A stretch of 61,341 nt of DNA, the filler included. It is 3 parts of 3 records of this genome, joined end to end, with 100 filler letters (N's around TTAATTAATTAA, not from the genome) between each part and the next. Parts side by side here need not be neighbours in the genome. Positions count along the whole stretch, not along the records: positions 1 to 24,483 come from SRR20825006_562; positions 24,584 to 30,521 come from SRR20825006_568; 1 more part is not named here. One strand, written 5' to 3'. Both the position numbers and the translations under genes were made by a program. The notes under the pieces were generated by a model that saw only the letters and a program-made list of their open reading frames with translations, was not told the DNA's origin and did not search any database. The stretch's first letter is position 1. Each line of letters begins with the position of its first letter. Below, one piece after another: positions 19,131 through 29,286 of the stretch.

Positions 19131-20206
19131 TGATTAACCTGTTCAAATGCGGAGCCCGTCAGGCTGTTTTTACAATTGATCCCGAACGTGCCCATGCATT
19201 GACTCTCAAAGGGATAAACAGTGGTCTTCTGCCACGCGCGGCCCATGCTTCCGACCGGCGGCTTGCAGTCAGAGCCGCAGGGCTTTCGTTTGAAAACCCG
19301 CTCGGTGTGGCCGCCGGTCTGGATAAAAACGGTGAAGCGATTTCTGCGCTCCAGCGTTTGGGTTTTGGCCATGTGGAAGCCGGAACCGTGACGCCGCGCC
19401 CGCAGCCGGGAAACCCGAAACCGCGGCTTTTCCGTCTTGTGGAAGATGAGGCAGTCATCAACCGTATGGGATTCAATAATGATGGTCATGATGCGCTGGC
19501 CGGTCGTCTTTTACGGTTGAGCACACGCGGCATCGTCGGCGTCAACATCGGTGCTAATAAAGATTCTGACGACCGCATGGCTGATTATGTCGCCGGTGTT
19601 CTGCGGTTTTCCAGTCTGGCTGATTATCTGACGGTCAATATTTCCTCTCCGAATACACCGGGCTTGAGAGACCTGCAGGGACGTGAGCAGCTGGCCGAAC
19701 TTCTTGCCCGGGTTTGCGAAGCGCGAGAAAGGGCGGAGCAGCGTATTCCTGTTTTTCTGAAAATCGCGCCGGATCTGAATGAGAGCGGTTTGGATGATGT
19801 TGCTGCCGAACTCGAAAAAAGCACGCTTGACGGGATCATTGTTTCCAACACCACACTTTCGCGTGATGGTTTGAAGAACCAGCATCTGGCGGAAGAGGAA
19901 GGAGGGCTTTCCGGTGCGCCGCTTTTCCACCTTTCGACAGTGACTTTGGCACGTATGCGCCAAAGGCTCGGGCCCGATCTGGCAATCATTGGTGCCGGTG
20001 GTGTGAATTCCGGTAAGCGTGCAGTTGAGAAAATTCGCGCAGGGGCCGATCTCGTGCAGATTTATTCCGGCATGGTATATGAAGGCCCGGGCCTGATTTC
20101 GGATATCTACAGGACGTTGCTTACCGAAATGGAGACGGAGGGTGTTTCTTCTGTTTCGGCCCTGCGCGACAGCGCGGTTGAGCGCTGGGCAAAAGCACCG
20201 CTTTGA
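19130..20206 (+). CDS. pyrD: Quinone-dependent dihydroorotate dehydrogenase
   Basis: AAGLDKN, INRMGFNN, VNISSPNTPGLR, KIAPD and GGLSGAP motifs. Confidence 0.97.
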   Translation: MINLFKCGARQAVFTIDPERAHALTLKGINSGLLPRAAHASDRRLAVRAAGLSFENPLGVAAGLDKNGEAISALQRLGFGHVEAGTVTPRPQPGNPKPRLFRLVEDEAVINRMGFNNDGHDALAGRLLRLSTRGIVGVNIGANKDSDDRMADYVAGVLRFSSLADYLTVNISSPNTPGLRDLQGREQLAELLARVCEARERAEQRIPVFLKIAPDLNESGLDDVAAELEKSTLDGIIVSNTTLSRDGLKNQHLAEEEGGLSGAPLFHLSTVTLARMRQRLGPDLAIIGAGGVNSGKRAVEKIRAGADLVQIYSGMVYEGPGLISDIYRTLLTEMETEGVSSVSALRDSAVERWAKAPL

Positions 20207-20217
20207 GGCGGGCATCT

Positions 20218-20733
20218 TTACTGGCTGAGATTCATGGACCAGAAAGGCCTGTTATCCGAATTGGGGCTGGTGGCGATTGCCACGCCCATATGGGTATAAT
20301 CTCCGAGCATATTCTTCAGGTGCCCGGGGGAGTTCACCCAGGCCTGAAACGCACGCTCGGGCGTTTGCTGATACATGGCGATATTCTCTGCCGCCGGCAG
20401 AGGCAGGCCAATACGTTTGAAACGCTCCGCGGCCGTCTCATTGCGGCTGGTGATGTGGTTCATCTTGCCGACAAGCGCCATGCGTTTGGCTTGATCAATG
20501 GCTGCCTGCTCGCAAACGCGTGAGTAAGAAACAGGTGGCAGGTCGTGTTTTGCGCGAAGATCATTCACCCAGGGGAGAAAAGTCGACGTCATGGTCCGGG
20601 CCTCCACCGTGCCGGACGGCATGTTGCCAGCACCTGGAAAATTCATCCCGCAGCCCGCAAGCCCGGCGGCCACACCGGCGCCAATCGTGCCAAGGAGCAG
20701 GGCGCGCCGTGTCGGATTTGCAGAATAAACCAT
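20218..20733 (-). CDS. CAP (SCP) domain lipoprotein with Tat-type signal
   Basis: TRRALL...LAGC signal/lipobox; AENIA and WVNSPGHLKNML motifs. Confidence 0.88.
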   Translation of the reverse strand: MVYSANPTRRALLLGTIGAGVAAGLAGCGMNFPGAGNMPSGTVEARTMTSTFLPWVNDLRAKHDLPPVSYSRVCEQAAIDQAKRMALVGKMNHITSRNETAAERFKRIGLPLPAAENIAMYQQTPERAFQAWVNSPGHLKNMLGDYTHMGVAIATSPNSDNRPFWSMNLSQ

Positions 20734-20999
20734 CAGCGGCGATAGCTCAGAATGCGGATGACCAGGAACACCGGCACAACGATAATGGCACCGAGAATGA
20801 AGTAGTGTCCGATCTCGCCTATCGCCTGAAATCCGCGGTTCCAGATATTGACGAAGAAGTCGATAACGCCGTGATAAAGGTCGATCGGGTCGATATTGAG
20901 CGCTGACAGGATGAATCCAACAATCAGCGAGACCACCAGCAGTCGCACAATTGTGCCGACGACCGTTCCGCCTAGAAACCGGTTCACTTCATTGCTCAT
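20733..20999 (-). CDS. Small membrane protein (DUF6460-like)
   Basis: NRFLGG...RLLVVSLIVGFIL...YFILGAIIVVPVFL; GGAG RBS; 1-nt overlap with CAP gene. Confidence 0.8.
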   Translation of the reverse strand: MSNEVNRFLGGTVVGTIVRLLVVSLIVGFILSALNIDPIDLYHGVIDFFVNIWNRGFQAIGEIGHYFILGAIIVVPVFLVIRILSYRR

Positions 21000-21149
21000 C
21001 GTGCTCTCCGTCAGAGTTGATTTCCGTAGATATATTGCCTTTGCGGCTGCTTCAAGGTGTCAGGTGCTTTGCCGGTGCCAATGTTTCAGCTTGCCTTTTC
21101 GGCAAAAGCGCTGCATTGGCCTTTTCATCCTTTTCTGGGTTTTCGTGAC

Positions 21150-22106
21150 ATGAAAATAAAGTCTTTCTCTTCGGGCGACCTGATCGCAGATCGCCGTGCC
21201 GATTATGCGCGCATGTTGGATGAGGCGGGTGAGTTTGAAGCCGCTGCCGATTTGATGGAACAGGCTCTCGAACGTGTACCTGAATGGCCCGCCGGTCTGG
21301 CCATGCTCGCCGCTTATCGTGAACATGCCGGTCATTTGAATGCGGCAGTGGAAACACTGCAGAAACTTGACAATAATGAAGACAGCGATCTCTTCGCCGC
21401 GCCTTTGAAGCTTGCTGTTCTGGGGGCCGCCAAAGCGCCGGATCACCCACCGGGCCGCTATGTGGAAGCGCTTTTTGATTCCTATGCAGAGCATTTTGAT
21501 GAGGCGCTGACCGAACGGCTGGCCTATAATGCGCCGGGGCAACTGGCCGCACTTCTGAGCGATGTCGAGGGAGGCGAACGGCACTTCGGGCTTTGCGTCG
21601 ATCTTGGTTGCGGAACCGGGCTTTCCGGCGAGGTGCTGATCAATTGTGTTGACCGGCTGGAAGGTTTTGACCTGTCGCAGAACATGCTGCTGAAGGCGGA
21701 AGAGAAGGCTCTTTATCATCATCTGGGACAGGCGGACCTGCTGCAGCTTCCGGAACAGAGTGGCCTTTTTAACGGGAGCTTCGGCAAAGCCCGCGCCGAT
21801 CTTGTCGTTGCAGCCGATGTGCTGATGTATATCGGCGCTCTGGAAGGCCTGATGAACAATGTCGAGCAGCTGATCGCACCGGGCGGACTGTTTTTGTTTT
21901 CGGTAGAAGATGCCGGCGCTGGCGAAAGCTTTCGCTTACTGCCATCGCTGCGTTATGCCCACTCACAGCCCTATGTTGAAAGACAACTCTGTGAGCGCGA
22001 TTTTGCACTGAAGGCGCAACGCGGCGTAATCCTGCGCAAGGATGGCGGGGCTGATGTGCCCGGTCTTCTGTTTCTGGCGGAACATACGGGGCGCGAGGTG
22101 CGTTAA
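21150..22106 (+). CDS. SAM-dependent methyltransferase with TPR-like N-terminus
   Basis: YVEALFDSYA, VDLGCGTG, AADVLMYIG and RYAHS motifs. Confidence 0.88.
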   Translation: MKIKSFSSGDLIADRRADYARMLDEAGEFEAAADLMEQALERVPEWPAGLAMLAAYREHAGHLNAAVETLQKLDNNEDSDLFAAPLKLAVLGAAKAPDHPPGRYVEALFDSYAEHFDEALTERLAYNAPGQLAALLSDVEGGERHFGLCVDLGCGTGLSGEVLINCVDRLEGFDLSQNMLLKAEEKALYHHLGQADLLQLPEQSGLFNGSFGKARADLVVAADVLMYIGALEGLMNNVEQLIAPGGLFLFSVEDAGAGESFRLLPSLRYAHSQPYVERQLCERDFALKAQRGVILRKDGGADVPGLLFLAEHTGREVR

Positions 22107-22141
22107 ACAACAGAGTTGAAATCCAGCACAGGGAGGCTGAA

Positions 22142-22447
22142 ATGTTGCTCACCGCTGAACTTTGTCAGGCCGCGCGTGTTCTCACCCGGATTGACCGGCA
22201 GACACTTTCTGCCGAAAGCGGGATATCTGACGACAAGATCAAGGCTTTTGAAGAAGGGATCTCGGATCTGGGAGACGAGACCCGCGAAACGCTGAAAACC
22301 ACACTGGAATCTCTTGGCGTTTCGTTTCTGCCGGAAGAGAGTGCAGGAGGAATAGGCTTGCGGCTGAAATTCACACAAAGCGAAGCACGCCGAATTCTGA
22401 ATTGGGAAGGCGAGGGGGGACGTGCCAATCAGGATGATGTCGTTTGA
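22142..22447 (+). CDS. XRE-family HTH protein
   Basis: LTAELCQAARVL...IKAFEEG...LESLGVSF..GIGLRL; GGAGG RBS. Confidence 0.8.
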   Translation: MLLTAELCQAARVLTRIDRQTLSAESGISDDKIKAFEEGISDLGDETRETLKTTLESLGVSFLPEESAGGIGLRLKFTQSEARRILNWEGEGGRANQDDVV

Positions 22448-22536
22448 CGAACGCACCGTTTTAAGGTGAATAGGGGCAAGCACGCCGGTTTGATCCGGTT
22501 ATTTCTATTCGCCTGACATTCTGGAGCGGTCGCGCT

Positions 22537-23172
22537 TTGTCTGAGAACAAATTCCTATCCGGTATCATGAACTCATCGTCCGGCCGCCACTCGCTGCTGG
22601 AGGATGCGCAAGGCATCATTACCGGGTCGATGATCACCTGTATCGGCATCATGATGCTGAAGGCCGGAGGTCTGCTGACAGGCGGCACGGCAGGGCTGGC
22701 ATTTCTGACGTTTTATACAACCGGTATGAGCTTCGGGCTGGCGTTTTTTCTGGTCAATCTGCCGTTTTACTATTTCGCCTGGCGTCGCGTCGGGCTGGCT
22801 TTCACAATCAAGACTTTCATCGCTGTTGGCTTGACGTCTGCATTAACGTCGATTGTGCCGCAATTTGTCAGCCTTGGTGATACAAACCCATTGGCCGGTG
22901 GTTTGTTTGGCGGCATGTTGGTCGGCGCCGGGCTTTTGATCTTCTTCCGGCATTCGGCAAGTCTTGGCGGCTTCGGTATTCTGGCGCTTTATCTTCAGGA
23001 TCGCTTCGGAATCAAGGCTGGCTATGTGCAGATGGGCCTTGATGGCATGGTGCTGGTGATGTCGTTCTTTGTGGCAAGCCCCTATATCATTGTCTGCTCG
23101 GTCGCCGGTGCGATTGTGATCAACATGGTACTGGCTATCAATCATCGACGCGATCGCTATGTAGCGATGTAG
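22537..23172 (+). CDS. YitT-family membrane protein
   Basis: HSLLEDAQG, GGTAGLA, VNLPFY and SLGGFGILA motifs. Start 22537 (TTG) or 22567. Confidence 0.88.
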   Translation: MSENKFLSGIMNSSSGRHSLLEDAQGIITGSMITCIGIMMLKAGGLLTGGTAGLAFLTFYTTGMSFGLAFFLVNLPFYYFAWRRVGLAFTIKTFIAVGLTSALTSIVPQFVSLGDTNPLAGGLFGGMLVGAGLLIFFRHSASLGGFGILALYLQDRFGIKAGYVQMGLDGMVLVMSFFVASPYIIVCSVAGAIVINMVLAINHRRDRYVAM

Positions 23173-23226
23173 GCGACAGGCCGGAATGGGCTGGCCCCGC
23201 CTGTCACTTCCTGTCATCCTGAAATC

Positions 23227-24483
23227 ATGAACGAAACAGAAACATTGGCTGGCGGATTTTCTGATGCAGTTCTACCGGAGCGCTTCCGCCGGTGGTTTGC
23301 TGCCAATGGCTGGACGCCACGTCCGCATCAGCTGGAGCTTCTTTCCCGTGCTGGCTCTGGCGAGGATATGCTGCTGATCGCACCGACCGGCGCGGGCAAG
23401 ACGCTGGCCGGATTTCTACCCACGCTCTCCAGTCTCGACCGGCGTGGACCGCCAGAACCGGGAACGCGCCCACGCGGCGTGCACACGCTCTACATATCAC
23501 CGCTGAAAGCGCTGGCTGTGGATATCGCCCGCAATCTGGAGCGCCCTGTCAGCGAGACCGGTCTTCAAATCACAATGGAAACCCGCACTGGCGATACCCC
23601 GCAGGGCAAGCGCCAGCGCCAGAAGCTGAAACCGCCGGATATTCTGCTGACGACGCCGGAGCAGCTGGCACTTCTGATCGCGGGAAAAGATGCCGGTCAG
23701 TTCTTTGAAGACCTGCGCTTCGTGATTTTTGACGAGTTGCATTCTCTGGTTACCTCGAAACGCGGGCATCTTTTGTCACTGGGGCTTGCACGGTTGAGAC
23801 GGTTGCGCCCGGACCTGACCGCCCTCGGGCTTTCCGCGACAGTGGCCGAACCGATGGAACTACAGCGCTGGCTGGTTGAGCAGACAGGAGAAGTCGACCC
23901 GGTACCGGCTGCAGGGCTCATTCATGTTACAGGTGGCGCGCGACCGGATATCTCCATTTTGAAGGCCTCTCGTCGCATTCCCTGGTCCGGCCATTCGGCG
24001 CGCTATGCCGTGCCGGATATTTATGACGCGCTTAAAAGCAGGGCGATGACACTCATATTCGTCAACACCCGATCGCAGGCCGAACTCGTGTTTCAGGAGC
24101 TTTGGGCCGTCAATGACGACAATCTGCCCATTGCCCTGCATCATGGCTCGCTGGATGCCAGCCAGCGCCGCAAGGTGGAGGCCGCCATGGCAGCGGGAAA
24201 ACTGCGGGCTGTGGTGGCGACCTCGACGCTTGATCTCGGCATTGACTGGGGCGACGTCGATCTGGTGATCCATGTCGGTGCACCGAAAGGCGCGAGCCGT
24301 CTGGCCCAACGTATCGGGCGCGCCAATCACCGCATGGATGAGCCGAGCCGCGCCATTCTTGTACCTGCCAACCGGTTTGAGGTGATGGAGTGTCAGGCCG
24401 CACTCGATGCCAATTATGTCGGTGCGCAGGATACGCCGCCCATCGGAGACGGCGCACTGGATGTGCTGGCTCAGCATGTACTT
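23227..24483 (+). CDS. Lhr-like ligase-associated DNA damage response DEXH helicase (truncated by contig end)
   Basis: APTGAGKT, DELH, SAT, HHGSL, STLDLGIDWG and QRIGRANH motifs. Confidence 0.92.
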
Positions 24484-24583
24484 NNNNNNNNNNNNNNNNN
24501 NNNNNNNNNNNNNNNNNNNNNNNNNNNTTAATTAATTAANNNNNNNNNNNNNNNNNNNNNNNNNNNNNNNNNNNNNNNNNNNN
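24484..24583. other. Artificial contig spacer
   Basis: 44 N + TTAATTAATTAA (24528-24539, stops in all frames) + 44 N. Confidence 0.99.
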
Positions 24584-24611
24584 GTTGCTCTACCAGCTGA
24601 GCTATAGGGGC
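24584..24611 (-). tRNA. 5' fragment of a tRNA, probably tRNA-Thr; anticodon lost at contig break
   Basis: Minus strand GCCCCTATAGCTCAGCTGGTAGAGCAAC gives acceptor 5' strand and complete D-arm. Thr identity is from resemblance only. Confidence 0.75.
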
Positions 24612-24685
24612 ACACGGCGCTCATTTAAGCGTTGGGTTTCGCGGGTGCAAGCGATTTGTGACGGAAAATTCGCTGACACGCCCCG

Positions 24686-26404
24686 TCAGGTCAAATCGGC
24701 GGCATTTTCTGAGCGGGCCATGAGGATCACCGCCAGCAAACTCACGGAAATCACCAAAAGGGCTGCTGGCGAGGCTTCTTCGAGATGTTCGAGCGAAGCC
24801 TTTTCAAACACACGGGTGGCGAGCGTGTTGTAGTTGAACGGGCGCAGCAGCAGCGTGGCGGGGAGTTCCTTGACGCAATCGACAAAGACCAGCAAAAGGG
24901 CGGTGCCGACGGAGCTGCGGATCAGCGGCACATAGACCCGGCGCAACGTCCCGCCGAGGGTTTGGCCCAGCGAACGTGCCGCCATTGGCAGGGAGGGTGC
25001 GACCCGCCCCATCGCCGCGTCGGCGGCACCTTGGGCGATGGCGAAAAACCGCACCATATAGGCCAGCACGATGGCAAAGGCGGAGCCGGTGAGCAACAGG
25101 CCGACATCGCGCCCGGTCATCGCCTCGATCGCATCGGCGACGATATTGTCGAGGCCTGCAAGCGGGATCAGGATGCCGATGCCCAAAACAGCACCGGGGG
25201 CGGCATAACCCAGCGTGGTCAAAGGCAGGATCATCCGAGGCAATTTGCGCCCGGTCATGCGCACGCCGTAGACCATGAACAGCGCCGCAAGCACGGTCAA
25301 AACCGCCGCAGACCCGGCCACAACCAAGGTGTTTTTGAGCGCGATCAAAAGCCCCGGGGCCAGCCATTGATCCGGCTCGCCCAACGCGTGATAGCCCATG
25401 ACGGACACAGGCAACACAAAACCGATCAGGAATGGCACAGCGCATAACAATGTCGCCAAAAGCCCCTGCCAACCGACCAGTTGAATCTGAGAAATCGGAC
25501 GGGGATGGCGCGCACCGGAATGAAACCGCGCCCGCCCGCGCGAGGTTTTTTCAAGACCGACCAAAAGGAACACCACAACCAACACCACCGAAGCAATTTG
25601 CGCCGCACCGCCCGCGTTGCCGCCCTCAAGCCATGTGGAGAAAATACCGGTGGTCAGCGTCTGGACCGAGAAATAATTCACCGTGCCGTAGTCTGAGACC
25701 GTTTCCATCATCACAATCGCCGTGCCCGCCGCAATGGCCGGGCGTGCCAAGGGCAAGCCAACGCGGAAAAACCGCGCGAAAGGCCCCGCCCCCAGCGCGC
25801 GCGCGGTTTCATAAACCGAGCCGGATTGTTCGCGAAAAGCGGCACGCGCCATAAGAAAGACATAGGGGGACAAAGCGGCGGCCAGAACGATGATGGCGGA
25901 GCCCAAAGAGCGGATCTCCGGCACCCAATAGTCGCGCGCGCTCTGCCAACCAAAGATGCCACGCATCAGAGTTTGAACCGGCCCTGCATATTCAAAGAAA
26001 TCGACCAACGCATAGGCACCGACATAGGCCGGGATCGCCAAGGGCAACAACAACAACCACTCAAGCGCGCGCGAGCCGGGGAAGCGATACATGGTGACCA
26101 GCCACGCCGCCCCCGTCCCCACAGCCCCCGCCAAAGCAGCCACACCAAAGGCCAACCATGCCGTCGTTGCCAGATAGCGTGGCAAGGTCGTGGCCAACAG
26201 ATGCGGCCAGATATTGTCACTGGGATGAAAGGCGATCCAGATCACGGCCATAAGCGGCATCAACACCACGGCGGCAATCACAAAGGCCCCCACCGACCAG
26301 GGTGAAACCTTGGACACACGGGTGAGCGCGCCATGCCGAGGCTCAGGTCGAGGCTCGGAACAGGGGGGAGTTTGCGGCGGAAACTGAGTCATTTGGTCGG
26401 TCAT
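24686..26404 (-). CDS. Fe3+ ABC transporter permease (FbpB/FutB-like)
   Basis: Duplicated permease domains: PLAIPAYV, ETARALG, LPLARPAIAAG; AARSLG, KELPATLLLRPFN. Confidence 0.92.
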   Translation of the reverse strand: MTDQMTQFPPQTPPCSEPRPEPRHGALTRVSKVSPWSVGAFVIAAVVLMPLMAVIWIAFHPSDNIWPHLLATTLPRYLATTAWLAFGVAALAGAVGTGAAWLVTMYRFPGSRALEWLLLLPLAIPAYVGAYALVDFFEYAGPVQTLMRGIFGWQSARDYWVPEIRSLGSAIIVLAAALSPYVFLMARAAFREQSGSVYETARALGAGPFARFFRVGLPLARPAIAAGTAIVMMETVSDYGTVNYFSVQTLTTGIFSTWLEGGNAGGAAQIASVVLVVVFLLVGLEKTSRGRARFHSGARHPRPISQIQLVGWQGLLATLLCAVPFLIGFVLPVSVMGYHALGEPDQWLAPGLLIALKNTLVVAGSAAVLTVLAALFMVYGVRMTGRKLPRMILPLTTLGYAAPGAVLGIGILIPLAGLDNIVADAIEAMTGRDVGLLLTGSAFAIVLAYMVRFFAIAQGAADAAMGRVAPSLPMAARSLGQTLGGTLRRVYVPLIRSSVGTALLLVFVDCVKELPATLLLRPFNYNTLATRVFEKASLEHLEEASPAALLVISVSLLAVILMARSENAADLT

Positions 26405-26586
26405 TCCGGAGCCATAAGCGAAATCGGTTTCCCTGTCCAGAAAACTGCCTATATTGGGACACGTCTCAAACACCGCCACAGAGCGGTGACAGAGGGGCAC
26501 TGTTGCACCATGGCCAAACCGGGGGCCAATCCGGGCGGCTGTGGAAAGGCACTCGATCAGAGCAGAACAGGAAAGCAGCCAAACCC

Positions 26587-27465
26587 ATGATTATCTCCAT
26601 CCATATCGGGGCACATAGCACCAATGGGGCGCAACTCATGCGCGGGCTGTTGAAAAACAAAGCCGTTTTGGCCGATCATGGCGTTGCCGTGCCGAACCCG
26701 TCGCTCTACCGCGACGTGCTCCCCGACGTAATGCGCAAGGTCAAAAGTGCCCGCGCCACGCCCGAGACTCAGGAGATGTTGCTCGACCAGATGCTTGAAA
26801 GCGATGACTGTACCCGGCTGGTGTTGAGCTATGAGGATGTGATTTGCCTGCCCGCCTTTATCTTTGACAAGGGCAGATTGTACACAAAGGCCAGTTTCAA
26901 ATTGCCTTGGCTGTGCAATGTCTTTGCCGATCATGAGGTCGAATTCTTTATCGGCCTGCGCAATCCGGCGACGTTTATCCCCGCCGCATTCAGCCAATGC
27001 GGCCCCAATCTGACTTATGAAAGCTTTATCGACACCACCGATCTTGAGAGCCTGCGTTGGTCGGATGTATTGACCCTGATCCGCAAATCCTGCCCGAATG
27101 CCGCGGTCACCTGTTTCGCCTATGAGGACACACCGCTGACCTGGGCACAGATCATGCGGGACATCGCCGGGATCGGGCCGATGGTGCCGATCTCAGGCGG
27201 GCTTGATATTTTGGCGACGATCATGAAACGCGAGGGCATGAAACGCCTGCGCACCTATCTCAACACCCATCGACCGCAAAACGAAGTGCAACGGCGGCGG
27301 ATTTTGACGGCTTTTCTCGACAAATACGTCGACGAAGACGCGCTTGAGGAAGAAATTGATCTACCGGGTTGGGATGAGGCTTTGATCGAACGTCTGACGG
27401 AGCTTTACGAGGACGATCTCGATCTGATCGAAACGATGGAAGGCGTGCATTTTATCGCCCCCTGA
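26587..27465 (+). CDS. Conserved hypothetical protein with sulfotransferase-like N-terminus
   Basis: Starts MIISIHIGAHSTNG, resembling HIGxxKTG; also LVLSYE and GLRNPATF. Confidence 0.7.
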   Translation: MIISIHIGAHSTNGAQLMRGLLKNKAVLADHGVAVPNPSLYRDVLPDVMRKVKSARATPETQEMLLDQMLESDDCTRLVLSYEDVICLPAFIFDKGRLYTKASFKLPWLCNVFADHEVEFFIGLRNPATFIPAAFSQCGPNLTYESFIDTTDLESLRWSDVLTLIRKSCPNAAVTCFAYEDTPLTWAQIMRDIAGIGPMVPISGGLDILATIMKREGMKRLRTYLNTHRPQNEVQRRRILTAFLDKYVDEDALEEEIDLPGWDEALIERLTELYEDDLDLIETMEGVHFIAP

Positions 27466-27510
27466 CGCAACGCGTGACACACTATGACGCAACGCTGCCC
27501 AAGCGAGGTG

Positions 27511-28203
27511 TCAACCAGCCGCCAGATGCACCGCAATCAACCCCTCCAGACCGCTGACCGGGTGCGCCCTGACCCACCGCGCCGCACGGCACCCGGCCTG
27601 GCCATAAAACACCGCCTCGCGCGCGCCATCTGAGTGGCGCCACTCCGCCGCCGTTTGCGGCAAAGCCCCCGCCCCCGGATCACAGCTCAACGGGTTCAAA
27701 TCAAAACGCGGATCGCGCGACACATAGGTGGCGATGCCCTCGTCCACCCAAGCCGGGAAATACCGCATAGCGCGCACGCCAATCTGGCGGTGCAGCGCCA
27801 CATGGGCCAATTCATGGGCAATGATTTCCGTGTCATGCCCGCTCGGGCCCAGATAAAACAACTGCGCACCATAGGTCAGGGCACGGGTTTGGTGCCCGCC
27901 CATGACGGTGTTGCAGGTCTGGGTGTAACACAGGAAAATACGCGGGCGTTTTTCGACCGCCATCGGTCCAAACGCCGCACTCACCCGCGCTTCGGCCAAG
28001 CTCAAACGGCGCAGGATCTCCTGATCCGCCGCCGGGGTATTGGCCTCGCTGAACACATTTGGGCCAATGGTTTGAAAGCCAAAACATCCGGGGCAAAACG
28101 CGGCGAGAACCGGCGTAAAGCCAAGCGCCAAAAGCCCAATCCCAAAGCCCGCACTCAATGCGATCAGAGACAGGACAAGCCGTTGGCCCCAGCGCCGGGT
28201 CAC
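27511..28203 (-). CDS. Membrane-anchored or exported putative zinc metallopeptidase (gluzincin-like)
   Basis: N-terminal hydrophobic helix, CPGCFG, IAHELAH followed by WVDEGIATY. Confidence 0.7.
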   Translation of the reverse strand: MTRRWGQRLVLSLIALSAGFGIGLLALGFTPVLAAFCPGCFGFQTIGPNVFSEANTPAADQEILRRLSLAEARVSAAFGPMAVEKRPRIFLCYTQTCNTVMGGHQTRALTYGAQLFYLGPSGHDTEIIAHELAHVALHRQIGVRAMRYFPAWVDEGIATYVSRDPRFDLNPLSCDPGAGALPQTAAEWRHSDGAREAVFYGQAGCRAARWVRAHPVSGLEGLIAVHLAAG

Positions 28204-28214
28204 AAAACCACGCC

Positions 28215-28487
28215 TCAGCTCATGCCCAGCGCTTCTTTATACATGTCGAGAATGGCCTCTTCTTCGGCGATTTCATCCGAGGATTTCTTGCGCAAAGCAA
28301 TGATTTTACGCATCACTTTGGTGTCGTAACCACGGCCTTTGGCCTCGGCCATCACCTCTTTTTGTTGATCGGCAATGTCCTTTTTCTCCATTTCAAGACG
28401 CTCAAAGCGTTCGATGAACTGGCGCAGCTCCTCTGCCGTGACACGGTAAGAGCTGTCGGGGCCGGGGGTATATTCGTCGTCCATCAT
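28215..28487 (-). CDS. gapR: DUF2312 / GapR-family nucleoid-associated protein
   Basis: LRQFIERFERLEMEKKDIADQQKEVMAEAKGRGYDTKVMRKIIALRK; GGAAGG RBS. Confidence 0.9.
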   Translation of the reverse strand: MMDDEYTPGPDSSYRVTAEELRQFIERFERLEMEKKDIADQQKEVMAEAKGRGYDTKVMRKIIALRKKSSDEIAEEEAILDMYKEALGMS

Positions 28488-28667
28488 GTCGGGACCTTCC
28501 TGATGCGCAAATGTCGAAATGAGCCTGATCCCTACCCGCCCGGATGCCCCAAAGCAAGCCTTCGGATCATGCAAAGCGGCGCTCTTTTGCCACCTCAGAC
28601 TTGCCTCATGTCACCGAAGCCGCTAGGCGAAAGCCACGAGAGTTTTGGACAGATAAAGGAGAGTCAG

Positions 28668-28883
28668 ATGGAGTGGTTGATTTGGACCGGCGCAGCCCTT
28701 GCGCTTTCGGGCGTGGCGCTGTTGATCTATTGCATCATCGCGGCTTTGAAGGCCAAAAAACTCGGCGGCACTGACGAAGACATCCGCGCGCGCCTGCAAA
28801 AAGTCGTGGCGCTGAATCTTATCGCCTTGATGATTTCCGCCATTGGTCTGGGTGCGGTGACGATTGGCATCATTTTAGGCTGA
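28668..28883 (+). CDS. Small two-TM membrane protein (71 aa)
   Basis: AAGGAG RBS then MEWLIWTGAALALSGVALLIYCI...; 3' part of track ORF 28158..28883. Confidence 0.8.
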   Translation: MEWLIWTGAALALSGVALLIYCIIAALKAKKLGGTDEDIRARLQKVVALNLIALMISAIGLGAVTIGIILG

Positions 28884-29286
28884 CCCGCGACACGAGCGCG
28901 GCCCTGCGACGCAGAGCATCGCACAGCCACAGCGAGTCGCAATCCCCACCCCATCCCCAACCAAAACGCTGCATCTGCGCGCATTCTTTTGCCATAATTC
29001 TTAGCGTGCCGTCACCAAAACGCTGACGGAACGCACATCGTTTCGCCATTGGCGACAGTCCGCGTATCTCCCAGAGAATTTCTTTTGATCGCCGCCAAAA
29101 CACCCTATTTGGATAACAGATCGTTAACCAAATTCACGCCTTCTGATCTCACGCAGCCAATCGCACAATCGGGCGGGGTCGCGAGGCAGACAGGCGCGTT
29201 GTGGTGAGCGAAAAAGACCATGACGCAGAGGCAATGGACCGGCGAGACAACCGGCCAAACCAGCGACGCAAGGAGAGAACCGCACG

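Noticed and set aside
24528..24539. TTAATTAATTAA palindrome (also 30566-30577)
   Set aside because: Synthetic all-frame stop linker inside N padding.
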